DNA of 64,000 nucleotides from NCBI GenBank assembly GCA_043809745.1, contig JBDROU010000067.1:6515-70514 (forward strand). Reading direction: 5' to 3'. Positions 35,777-44,465 of the stretch are shown here, in pieces. How positions within the stretch are numbered: position 1 is the stretch's first letter; the number at the start of each line of letters is the position of its first letter. Made by a program: the position numbers and the translations under genes. This stretch comes from a bacterium (GTDB lineage: Bacteria > Elusimicrobiota > JBDRMW01 > JBDROU01). The notes under the pieces are model-generated. The model was given only the letters and a program-made list of their open reading frames with translations, did no database searches and was not told where the DNA came from.

Positions 35777-37507
35777 TTAAGCATTAAACTGCAGCTCGTG
35801 CAATTTCTTGTATAGTATACTGCTTTGCAGCAAATCCGCATGGCTCCCGTCCTGCATAATTTTACCGCCATCAATCACTATAATTCTGTCCGCCTTTTTT
35901 ATCGTTGACAATCGATGAGCAATTACAAATACCGTACGCTTTTTCATCAGCTCTTCAATTGCATTTTGCACAAGTTTTTCCGATTCCGAATCAAGAGCGC
36001 TGGTAGCCTCATCCAGGATAAGTATAGAAGGATTTTTTAATATTGCCCTTGCGATTGCTATTCGTTGACGTTGCCCTCCGGAAAGAGTTGAACCCTTTTC
36101 CCCCACAACACTCTTATAACCTTCGGGCATCTGTTTAATGAACTCATCAGCGTAAGCCAACTTAGCCGCATACTCAATTTCCACGGGGTCAGGATTATTT
36201 TTTGCATAACCTATATTATACTCAATTGTATCATTAAATAATATTACCTCCTGCGAAACAAACCCAATCTGATTTCTCAATGATGCAAGTTTAACATCAG
36301 CAATATTTTGTCCATCGATCTCTATTTTTCCTTTATCCGGATCATAAAACCGCATTAAAAGGTTTACAAGTGTCGTTTTCCCTGCGCCCGACGGACCAAC
36401 CAAAGCAATTACTTGACCGTAATCTACTTTCAGATTAATTTTGTCTAAAACCACATTCTCACCTTGATATGAAAAGCTCACATTATCAAAAACAATACCC
36501 TTTGTAAATTTCTTTAATTCAGTTGATTTAGGATGATCAATTACTTTAGAAACCTCATTTAAAAGCCCGAAAATTCTTTCAGCTCCGGCAAATGCAAGTT
36601 GAATAACAGCATTTGACTGCGAAAATTCCTTTAAGGGCTTGTAAGCGCTTACAGCGGCTCCCAAGAATGCAAAGAATTCACCGGTAGTCCAAACTCCGTG
36701 TATTACATCTCTGCCTCCGTACCAAATAATAAATGAAATAGCTAACGCACCCAGATACTCCATTAGCGGATTCGATAACACATCTGCTCTGGTATACCTC
36801 ATTATATTATTAAAGTACTCTTTGTTCTTTATACTGAATCTCTCTATCTCATTTCTCTCCTGTGAAAACGCTTTTACAACAGTATTGCCGGTGAATGATT
36901 CTTCAATCTGGCTGTAAATATCCGCGACACTGCGCTGGCTATGCCTTCCTGCTTTCCTCATTTTATTTCCTAACCAAACTATAGCCCCAATAGAAATCGG
37001 AAGAATTACTAAAACTATTAGCGCAAACTTCCAATGCATATAAAACACGAGTCCGACAAGAGATACGAATATTAAGCTGTTTTTAATTACCTGTCCTGGA
37101 ATTTTTATAAGAGCATTCTGAAGCAGCTGCGTATCATTAGTAATCTTTGCAACCAAATGACCGGTTGGATTCTTTCTAAAAAAATTCAAATCCATGTATA
37201 TTATATGACTAAATAGTTCATCCCTTATCTTCTGTATTGTTTTCTGGCCAATATACGCCATGAGGTAATTCTGCAGGTAAAGCAAAACATCCTTAAATAA
37301 ATATAAAATAGGGATTAATACAAGTAAAGTGTACAGCATCTCAATATCCTTTGAAATAAATACGTTATCAACCACATATTTAATCAAATACATCGAGAAT
37401 GCTGTTAAACCAGCAACAATTCCCATAGATATTATTGCTGTGAAAAACCTAAACCAATGAGGTTTAAGGTATGAAAATATTCTTTTTATAATTGTTTTGT
37501 TGTTCAA
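35777..37507 (-). CDS. msbA: lipid A export ABC transporter (fused permease/ATPase), MsbA-like
   Basis: Six-TM domain followed by Walker A GPSGAGKTT, signature LSGGQRQR and Walker B ILILDEATSALD. Overlaps lpxB by 4 nt. Confidence 0.8.
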   Translation of the reverse strand: MNNKTIIKRIFSYLKPHWFRFFTAIISMGIVAGLTAFSMYLIKYVVDNVFISKDIEMLYTLLVLIPILYLFKDVLLYLQNYLMAYIGQKTIQKIRDELFSHIIYMDLNFFRKNPTGHLVAKITNDTQLLQNALIKIPGQVIKNSLIFVSLVGLVFYMHWKFALIVLVILPISIGAIVWLGNKMRKAGRHSQRSVADIYSQIEESFTGNTVVKAFSQERNEIERFSIKNKEYFNNIMRYTRADVLSNPLMEYLGALAISFIIWYGGRDVIHGVWTTGEFFAFLGAAVSAYKPLKEFSQSNAVIQLAFAGAERIFGLLNEVSKVIDHPKSTELKKFTKGIVFDNVSFSYQGENVVLDKINLKVDYGQVIALVGPSGAGKTTLVNLLMRFYDPDKGKIEIDGQNIADVKLASLRNQIGFVSQEVILFNDTIEYNIGYAKNNPDPVEIEYAAKLAYADEFIKQMPEGYKSVVGEKGSTLSGGQRQRIAIARAILKNPSILILDEATSALDSESEKLVQNAIEELMKKRTVFVIAHRLSTIKKADRIIVIDGGKIMQDGSHADLLQSSILYKKLHELQFNA

Positions 37508-38619
37508 TTAATGCTTATCTCCTTAACAATCTTTTTTGCCAGATTGCCATAAATATCACCTGCCCCGAATAATTTTTTAATGCCGGAAAAGTCTTTCTTC
37601 ATCTGAGTAAGTTTTTCTGGATTATTAAGATATTCCAGCGTTGTATTAAGAAGATTTCGCTGATTAAAATTACCTTGAATCAACTCGGGCATAATTTTTT
37701 TGTCTGCTATTATATTCGGCATTGCTATATATTTTACTTTTACCATCATCTTAGCAATAAAATAATTAATTATTTTGGTCCTATAAAAAGAAATTGTAGG
37801 AATTCCCAAAAAAGCATTTTCAATTGTAGCTGTACCGGAGCAAGACCAGGCCAAAGTTAATTCCGACCTTTTTTCATAGTGTTTTTCCCTTACTTGTTCA
37901 ATATCAATTCTACAATTCTTAATCAGGTGATTTATCATTGAATCAGATGAATTTGCGCTCAAAAATAGCTGGAATCCTATATTGGGAAAAACATCTTTTA
38001 ACATTTTAGCGGTCTCCAACAAAACCGGGAGGTGTTGGTTGAGTTCACCAATCCTGCTGCCAGGCATAAGTCCGATAGTTATTTTTTCCACATTTTTATT
38101 ATAGCCGTCTTTTTTTTCTGGTATTAATTGCAATAACGGGTGGCCTATATATTCCACAGGAACACCTTCTTTTCTATATATTGCTTCCTCAAATGGAAAT
38201 ATCACAAACATCTTTTTGATGCATTTTTTTATCTGATGAATTCTATAATACCTTGTAGCCCATATCTGGGGACTCACAAAATATATTACAGGTATATCAA
38301 GTTTTGCAGCATTGCGAGCCAAGTGTATATTGAACCCGTAATAATCAATAACAATTAAAAGCGAAATTTTTTTTTCCGCTAAGGTTTGAGAAGCTTTACT
38401 TAACAAGCGCTTCATTAAAAATATATTTTTTACCGGTTCCAAAAAACCCATTAACGAGACTCCAACTAAATCATATAGAAAGAAGTCTGCAGCAGAACGA
38501 ATATGATCCCCGCCGATGGCATTAACTGTTGTATCGGGTCTTTCTTTTTTTATAGCATTTATTAACAAACCACCGTAAGTATCTCCAGAATAATCACCTG
38601 CACTCACAAAAATAGACAT
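37504..38619 (-). CDS. lpxB: lipid-A-disaccharide synthase
   Basis: Starts MSIFVSAGDYSGD... and has GT19-like sequence throughout. Lies in the lpx cluster. Confidence 0.9.
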   Translation of the reverse strand: MSIFVSAGDYSGDTYGGLLINAIKKERPDTTVNAIGGDHIRSAADFFLYDLVGVSLMGFLEPVKNIFLMKRLLSKASQTLAEKKISLLIVIDYYGFNIHLARNAAKLDIPVIYFVSPQIWATRYYRIHQIKKCIKKMFVIFPFEEAIYRKEGVPVEYIGHPLLQLIPEKKDGYNKNVEKITIGLMPGSRIGELNQHLPVLLETAKMLKDVFPNIGFQLFLSANSSDSMINHLIKNCRIDIEQVREKHYEKRSELTLAWSCSGTATIENAFLGIPTISFYRTKIINYFIAKMMVKVKYIAMPNIIADKKIMPELIQGNFNQRNLLNTTLEYLNNPEKLTQMKKDFSGIKKLFGAGDIYGNLAKKIVKEISIN

Positions 38620-38620
38620 C

Positions 38621-39559
38621 TTATCCTTTATTGATCTGTTTATTCGTCAGCTTCAATACTTCCCATGCTAACTCAAGCGCATCCCTGCCATGCGTTCCTG
38701 CTACAAGCGGTTTTCTACCTGTTTCGCAGCAATTAATAAAATGTTCTAATTCCATCCTTAATGGTTCAATTTTTGCCAGTCTTGGTTTTTTTATCTTCAC
38801 ATCAGAAAGGCTTTTTATTTTCGAATTCCCTTTAAGATATATTTTTACGGAAGGTTTTGCGCAATCAATAGATACATAGGATTCTTCCTGAAAAATTCTT
38901 ATTCTTCTGTACGGTTTAAAAGTTATGCGGCTTGCAGAAAGATCAGCAACGGCTCCGTTCTTAAACCTTAATCTTACCTTTGCTATATCCTCAAAATCGG
39001 TCAATAGTTTTCCAGCCAGCGCTTCCACTGAAACTATTTCAGATTGTATCAAAAATAAAACTATATCCAGATCATGTATCATTAAATCCAACACTACCCC
39101 AACCGAAGTTGCTCTAGCATGAAAAGGACCAAGCCTGTTTACCTCAATTAATATTGGCTTTGAAATATGTTTTTGTGCTTCAATAATTGCAGGATTGAAT
39201 CTTTCCACATGTCCGATTTGAAGGGTTAAACTCTCTTTCTGCGCTATCTCGATTAGGTCTTCAGCTTCTTGAACTGTTGTTGTAAATGGCTTTTCTACCA
39301 AACAGTGAATTTTATTACCAAGCAATATCTTGGCTACAGCATAATGAAGAGGCGTCGGTAAAGATACAATACATGCATCAACATTTCCTAAAACATCAGA
39401 AATAGTTGTGCTGAATTTACATTTAAATTGATTTGCTAGTTTTTCTATCGCAGGATTAATATCTACAAGATACTCAAACTTAACATCAGGCAGGCTGCTT
39501 AATATGCGAGCATGATGCTTGCCTAAACTTCCAACCCCAATAACCGCACACTTAAGCAT
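38621..39559 (-). CDS. Gfo/Idh/MocA family NAD(P)-dependent oxidoreductase
   Basis: MLKCAVIGVGSLGKHHA Rossmann motif and an EKPF motif. The start at 39559 follows the lpxI TAG by 1 nt. An alternative ATG at 39586 would overlap lpxI by 26 nt. Confidence 0.8.
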   Translation of the reverse strand: MLKCAVIGVGSLGKHHARILSSLPDVKFEYLVDINPAIEKLANQFKCKFSTTISDVLGNVDACIVSLPTPLHYAVAKILLGNKIHCLVEKPFTTTVQEAEDLIEIAQKESLTLQIGHVERFNPAIIEAQKHISKPILIEVNRLGPFHARATSVGVVLDLMIHDLDIVLFLIQSEIVSVEALAGKLLTDFEDIAKVRLRFKNGAVADLSASRITFKPYRRIRIFQEESYVSIDCAKPSVKIYLKGNSKIKSLSDVKIKKPRLAKIEPLRMELEHFINCCETGRKPLVAGTHGRDALELAWEVLKLTNKQINKG

Positions 39560-39560
39560 A

Positions 39561-40406
39561 CTAGACCTCTTTATCCGATACCCCATAAATACAGATTTTG
39601 TGTTTATCGGCTTTTTTAATCATTTCCTCTTTTTCCAAAAATAAGGTCTTAAAAGCATCGAATGCCAAAACACGCCCGCCAATTTTAATCATCGAATCAA
39701 GTGTTCTTAAACCTAATACCGGCACATCAAATCTAAGATCCTGATTAGGCTTAGAGACCTTCATAACCACAACCTGGCTCGGTTCATTAGATTTGACAAT
39801 ATGTGATCCGGCCCTTATTATACATTCATCAGTACCTTCAATTGCTTCTAACGCCAGGACAGCCCTATCCTTTACTACTATAGTTTGGCCTATATCAAGC
39901 CCTGCAAGTTGTTTAGCAATCCTGAAGCCAAATGCAATATCTGACAGCTCGTCTTTAGTTGGTTTTGAATTATTTATTATACCTGATCCCGGGAAATAAT
40001 CCTTTAGATAAATCGTCGAGGGTAGAAGATCAATTCCCTCTTTCTTAAACTCATCCGCGACAGCTCTAAGTATAGAATCAGCTCTCTTATCTTTTGAATT
40101 TCGTAATATTCTCAAAGCAGTTGTATCAAGGAACAGTCCATAATACAACTTTTTGTGTTTAACCTGGCCGGCCATTACCACCTGCTTGATTTCTTCTTTT
40201 TTAAGTATCCTGATTGTTTTTCCTATACTGCCAATCGGCGACCAGTATAGTTTATCCACGTGTTTTTCCAAATCCGGATCAGCCTCACCTTCAAGCGCCA
40301 CCGCAACTACCTCGTGCCCTTTCTCTCTGGCACACTTTGCAAAATGATAAGGAAATTTTCCATTACCAGCAATCAAACCTAATTTCTTTGTAAAACTCAT
40401 ATTCAA
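39561..40406 (-). CDS. lpxI: UDP-2,3-diacylglucosamine hydrolase LpxI (DUF1009)
   Basis: 281 aa starting LGLIAGNGKFP with a ...DIGQTIVVKD...EAIEGTDECI motif pattern of LpxI. Positioned between lpxA and lpxB. Confidence 0.8.
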   Translation of the reverse strand: MNMSFTKKLGLIAGNGKFPYHFAKCAREKGHEVVAVALEGEADPDLEKHVDKLYWSPIGSIGKTIRILKKEEIKQVVMAGQVKHKKLYYGLFLDTTALRILRNSKDKRADSILRAVADEFKKEGIDLLPSTIYLKDYFPGSGIINNSKPTKDELSDIAFGFRIAKQLAGLDIGQTIVVKDRAVLALEAIEGTDECIIRAGSHIVKSNEPSQVVVMKVSKPNQDLRFDVPVLGLRTLDSMIKIGGRVLAFDAFKTLFLEKEEMIKKADKHKICIYGVSDKEV

Positions 40407-41210
40407 TTATACCAATTGTTCTTGATCCACTGACATATTCTTAGTTCTAGCGGAGCAAATGCCTCTTTTTGAGTTCTCAACAAAACAAATCATTTCTTGA
40501 ACCTCTTCAATCTGATCATACTTCCTGAGCAGTAGAATAGATTCGTTTATAGGTCTGTCTGAAAGAAAAAGAGTTCTATAAGCATTCTTGATTGCTTGTA
40601 CTTTAGAGTTAGTAAGCTTCTTTCTCTTAAGTCCGATTATGTTGATACCGACAAGCTTCATTCGATCGCCTGATCCAAGTACGTACGGCGGTACATCCAG
40701 AGGGATCATTGAACCGGCGCCAATCATAGCGGATCTTCCTATATGAACAAACTGATGCACACCAACAAGCCCGCCCAGTATAACATCATCATCGACACGG
40801 ACATGACCGGCAAGGGCAACACTGTTAGCCAGAATAACCTGGTTGCCAATTATGCAGTCGTGAGCCACATGAGAATACGCCATAAATAAACAACGTGCAC
40901 CAATTTTTGTTACTCCCGAAGAAGCTGTACCTCTATTCAAAGTTGCAAATTCTCGTATAATCGTATTATCACCTACAATCAACTTTGTTTCTTCATCATT
41001 ATATTTCAAATCCTGAGGCGCGCATCCAACAGAAGCTCCAGAGAATATTCTGCAACCACTTCCAATTTCTGAATATTCAATAACCGCATGTGGATGCACA
41101 ACTACATTTGATTTTATTATTGTTTTTGGACCGATTACCGCATATGGACCAATTTCTGCTGACGGATCTATCTGGACGGATTTATCTATTATTGCTGTGG
41201 AATGAATCAT
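40407..41210 (-). CDS. lpxA: acyl-ACP:UDP-GlcNAc O-acyltransferase
   Basis: Starts MIHSTAIID, has left-handed beta-helix hexapeptide repeats and a C-terminal helical domain. 267 aa. Confidence 0.95.
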   Translation of the reverse strand: MIHSTAIIDKSVQIDPSAEIGPYAVIGPKTIIKSNVVVHPHAVIEYSEIGSGCRIFSGASVGCAPQDLKYNDEETKLIVGDNTIIREFATLNRGTASSGVTKIGARCLFMAYSHVAHDCIIGNQVILANSVALAGHVRVDDDVILGGLVGVHQFVHIGRSAMIGAGSMIPLDVPPYVLGSGDRMKLVGINIIGLKRKKLTNSKVQAIKNAYRTLFLSDRPINESILLLRKYDQIEEVQEMICFVENSKRGICSARTKNMSVDQEQLV

Positions 41211-41221
41211 GATATCCCTTT

Positions 41222-41689
41222 CTACTGACTTTTATCTGTAAGCACAAACATGAATTCAGCTTCCGTAACTAATTCTTCATTTACAAAAGCTTCACCTCTA
41301 ATCTTCCCGCCCCTCTCCCTGGCTCTTAAAACATCAACTCTTAACTCCAAAATATCCCCAGGAAACACCGGCTTTCTGAACTTAGCATTATTTATTGACA
41401 TAAAAAAAGCTAATTTATCACTTAACTCTGGATGGGATAAGAATAAAACACATGATGTTTGCGCTAATGCTTCTATTATTAACACTCCCGGCATTATAGG
41501 ATAACCGGGAAAATGACCTCTGAAAAAATCCTCTTTCCCGCTTAAATGCTTATATCCCACTGCCTTTTTTGATTCTTCTATAACCTTTACTTGATCAATC
41601 ATCAGCATCGGATCCCGGTGAGGAATTATGCTGATAATTTCCTCCACCTCTAATATTCTTCCAACAATAGATTGTTCTTGCTTTTGCAC
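41222..41689 (-). CDS. fabZ: 3-hydroxyacyl-ACP dehydratase
   Basis: Contains LPHRDPMLMID-type and HFPGYPIMPGVLIIEALAQ motifs. Confidence 0.95.
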   Translation of the reverse strand: MQKQEQSIVGRILEVEEIISIIPHRDPMLMIDQVKVIEESKKAVGYKHLSGKEDFFRGHFPGYPIMPGVLIIEALAQTSCVLFLSHPELSDKLAFFMSINNAKFRKPVFPGDILELRVDVLRARERGGKIRGEAFVNEELVTEAEFMFVLTDKSQ

Positions 41690-41740
41690 AGATATATCCC
41701 CCTATTAATTAGTTATTATTTTCCGAATCTGTTATTTATC

Positions 41741-42589
41741 CTATCCTGAAACCTGATACTTTTGAAATATAGCCTTTACGAAATTAATGTTATGCTCATG
41801 CCCCGGCCTGACAGCCTTTATATGAGCTTTTATTGGCCTGCCCAACAAATAAAGATCTCCCATTAAATCCAGAATCTTATGCCGGATGAACTCATCCTGA
41901 TACCTTAAGCCATTATTTTTGGAATAGATTTTATCCATTCCTATAACAACCGCGTTGTCTAATGACCCGCCTTTGGCAAGGCCGCTCTTTTTAAGAGTCT
42001 CTATCTCATAATCAAAGCAAAATGTCCTTGCGTTTGACAGCTGTTCGATAAATGTCTTCTCATCCACATTAATTTCAAAACGCTGAGATTTTATAAATGG
42101 ATGATTGTAGATAATCTCTGCTTCTATCTTTAAGCCATCAAATTTATTTGCAGTAATAACAGTATCTCCGTTTTTATAATGAACCTCTTTATCAATAACC
42201 AGGTAGTCTTTTTCTACCTCTTGATCAACAATGCCGGCTTCTTGAATTATATTAACAAAAGAAGCGGCGCTTCCATCAGCAACCGGCGGTTCATTCCCAT
42301 CTATATGAATCTCGATATTATCGATTCCCATTCCGTAAAAAGCCGCAAGCAGATGTTCAACAGTATGAATATGAACGGTATCATTTCCAATTGTTGTCCC
42401 TCTCATAATCCCTATTACGTTTTCATAAGTAGCAAGTATAGGCGCGGCTTCGGGAAAATCCTCCCTGAAAAAACGAATACCATAATTTGCGGGAGACGGT
42501 TTTAACGTAATCCTGGTTATATTGCCGGTATGCAATCCAATTCCTTTGAAAAAAATATTTTTTGCGATTGTTTTCTGTGTATCACTCAC
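41741..42589 (-). CDS. lpxC: UDP-3-O-acyl-GlcNAc deacetylase
   Basis: Contains GIGLHTGN and HTVEHLLAA motifs. The GTG at 42589 lies 5 nt after AGGAG (42599-42595). The ORF track begins at a GTG at 42595 that overlaps that Shine-Dalgarno. Confidence 0.9.
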   Translation of the reverse strand: MSDTQKTIAKNIFFKGIGLHTGNITRITLKPSPANYGIRFFREDFPEAAPILATYENVIGIMRGTTIGNDTVHIHTVEHLLAAFYGMGIDNIEIHIDGNEPPVADGSAASFVNIIQEAGIVDQEVEKDYLVIDKEVHYKNGDTVITANKFDGLKIEAEIIYNHPFIKSQRFEINVDEKTFIEQLSNARTFCFDYEIETLKKSGLAKGGSLDNAVVIGMDKIYSKNNGLRYQDEFIRHKILDLMGDLYLLGRPIKAHIKAVRPGHEHNINFVKAIFQKYQVSG

Positions 42590-43619
42590 GATCACTCCTG
42601 CTTAATCTATTTATTATTTTTGGCAGTTTATACGTGGCTGCGATTATTTTCATCATCTCCCTGTGAGGCCTTGCAGGAAATCCGGATACCATTGAATCCG
42701 ATGGAATATCCCCAATAATGCCGGATCTTGCTCCGGCCACTACTCTATCTCCGATATTTAAATGGCCGGCTACACCAGCCTGCCCCGCTAATGTGACATT
42801 ATTTCCTACCTTTGTTGACCCGGAGATTCCTACCAATGCTACTATAACGCAATTTTTGCCGATAGTTACATTATGAGCTATATGAACCAGATTGTCTATT
42901 TTGGTGCCAGCACCTATACGCGTTTTACCTATCGTTGCCCTGTCGATAACCGAATTTGCTCCAACCTCAACATCATCTTCAATATAAACAATGCCAACCT
43001 GAGGTATCTTTACTTGAACACCTTTTTCTTCAGCATAACCAAAACCATCAGATCCTATAACAACACCGCTCTGCAAGATTATATTATTTTCAAGAATACA
43101 TCCATTCCCAATTACAACATTCGGGTATAAAATACAGTTTTTCCCAATCTTTGCATTGCTGCCGATAAATACACGCGGGTAGATTACCGTTCCGGTTCCA
43201 ATCCCAACTCCTGCCTCAATAACACTAAAATCACCGACGCTGATGCCATCTGCCAGTTCAGCTCCCTCTGAAATACTTGCTTTTTTTGAGATACCGCTGA
43301 TACTAACTTTGGTATCTTGTAATTTCAGCAACTTACTCAATGCAATTTGAGGATTTTTTACAACCAAAAACACTTTTTTAAGGTTATCCAACTCTTTCTT
43401 AGGAATGTTATTAAATAATTTTTCCGCTATTAGAACGACCAACGCTTTTGTACAACCCAGATTCTTAAGATATTTGGGATTTGACAAAAATGTTAACTCC
43501 TTCTCATTTGCCTCATCCAGCGTATTAACATTCTCTACAGTTAGCTTATCTATAGAAAAATCTATTTTCGCTGCATCTATCCTTCCTTCTACAATTTGGC
43601 AAATTTCAGCTAATTTCAT
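42582..43619 (-). CDS. lpxD: UDP-3-O-acylglucosamine N-acyltransferase
   Basis: 345 aa with an N-terminal uridine-binding domain and long hexapeptide-repeat beta-helix. Confidence 0.95.
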   Translation of the reverse strand: MKLAEICQIVEGRIDAAKIDFSIDKLTVENVNTLDEANEKELTFLSNPKYLKNLGCTKALVVLIAEKLFNNIPKKELDNLKKVFLVVKNPQIALSKLLKLQDTKVSISGISKKASISEGAELADGISVGDFSVIEAGVGIGTGTVIYPRVFIGSNAKIGKNCILYPNVVIGNGCILENNIILQSGVVIGSDGFGYAEEKGVQVKIPQVGIVYIEDDVEVGANSVIDRATIGKTRIGAGTKIDNLVHIAHNVTIGKNCVIVALVGISGSTKVGNNVTLAGQAGVAGHLNIGDRVVAGARSGIIGDIPSDSMVSGFPARPHREMMKIIAATYKLPKIINRLSRSDRE

Positions 43620-43633
43620 TTAAAACCAACCCT

Positions 43634-44407
43634 CTATTTTTTCCCGGAAAGACGATCTACTAACTTTTGAGTTAAATCAATATTCGGCTTCCCATATAAA
43701 ACATTATTTTTGTCAACAATAATCTCTATACCTTCTTCACCAGCTAATTCCTGAAGAACAACATATATCTTCCCCATAACCTGCTGACGAAATGAAATAT
43801 GCAATTCCTGAATCTCTATATTAGATTCCTCTTTCAAATTAGCTAATTCTCCTGATTTCTCTTCCAACTCTTTTTTCTTCTCTTCCAGTACTTTTGGATC
43901 AACTATTACTGATGCGGTTGAGGTGCTTTTATCAACTTCTTGAGAAACTGCTTTATCTTGGTTTTGTTTTTCAATAATGGCTGATTCATCATCCTGATTC
44001 GCTTCAATTTCTGCTTCAATATCCTGCGCAGTTTCAGCAGTTTGCGTTGATTCTGTTAAGATAAATCCATCCATTGACGGTTCAGGTTGAGTCTTTTTTT
44101 CCTCTTGCCTGTTTGTTACTCGTGAGGCATCAATCTCAGCTTGAAGTTTTGCAACTTCCTCTTCTTTAAGCTTTAGCTTCTCTTCAATCTCACCCACTTT
44201 TTTTTCGAATTCCTTTTGTTTGCGCTGCGTTTCTGGAAAGTTGTCTAGTACTTTTGACATATCAACTATGGCAAATGTATTAGTTGCTGCTCCGTCACTG
44301 CTAAGAGTCTTTGTAAGAGGAATTTCAACCGCATATAAAGCAAATGGAAATACTAATAGTATTATACTTAGAATCAAACGATTTTTAATAAACATAATTT
44401 CCCCCAT
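43634..44407 (-). CDS. OmpH/Skp-like periplasmic chaperone with long acidic insertion
   Basis: Signal peptide followed by coiled-coil Skp-like N- and C-terminal parts. Sits in the bamA-skp-lpxD position. The alternative ATG at 44395 is preceded by GGGGGA. Confidence 0.7.
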   Translation of the reverse strand: MGEIMFIKNRLILSIILLVFPFALYAVEIPLTKTLSSDGAATNTFAIVDMSKVLDNFPETQRKQKEFEKKVGEIEEKLKLKEEEVAKLQAEIDASRVTNRQEEKKTQPEPSMDGFILTESTQTAETAQDIEAEIEANQDDESAIIEKQNQDKAVSQEVDKSTSTASVIVDPKVLEEKKKELEEKSGELANLKEESNIEIQELHISFRQQVMGKIYVVLQELAGEEGIEIIVDKNNVLYGKPNIDLTQKLVDRLSGKK

Positions 44408-44465
44408 ATACTTTTTTGGTTATAAGCTGCTATAATAGTTAAGATTGTATTTATTTATAGCAAAT

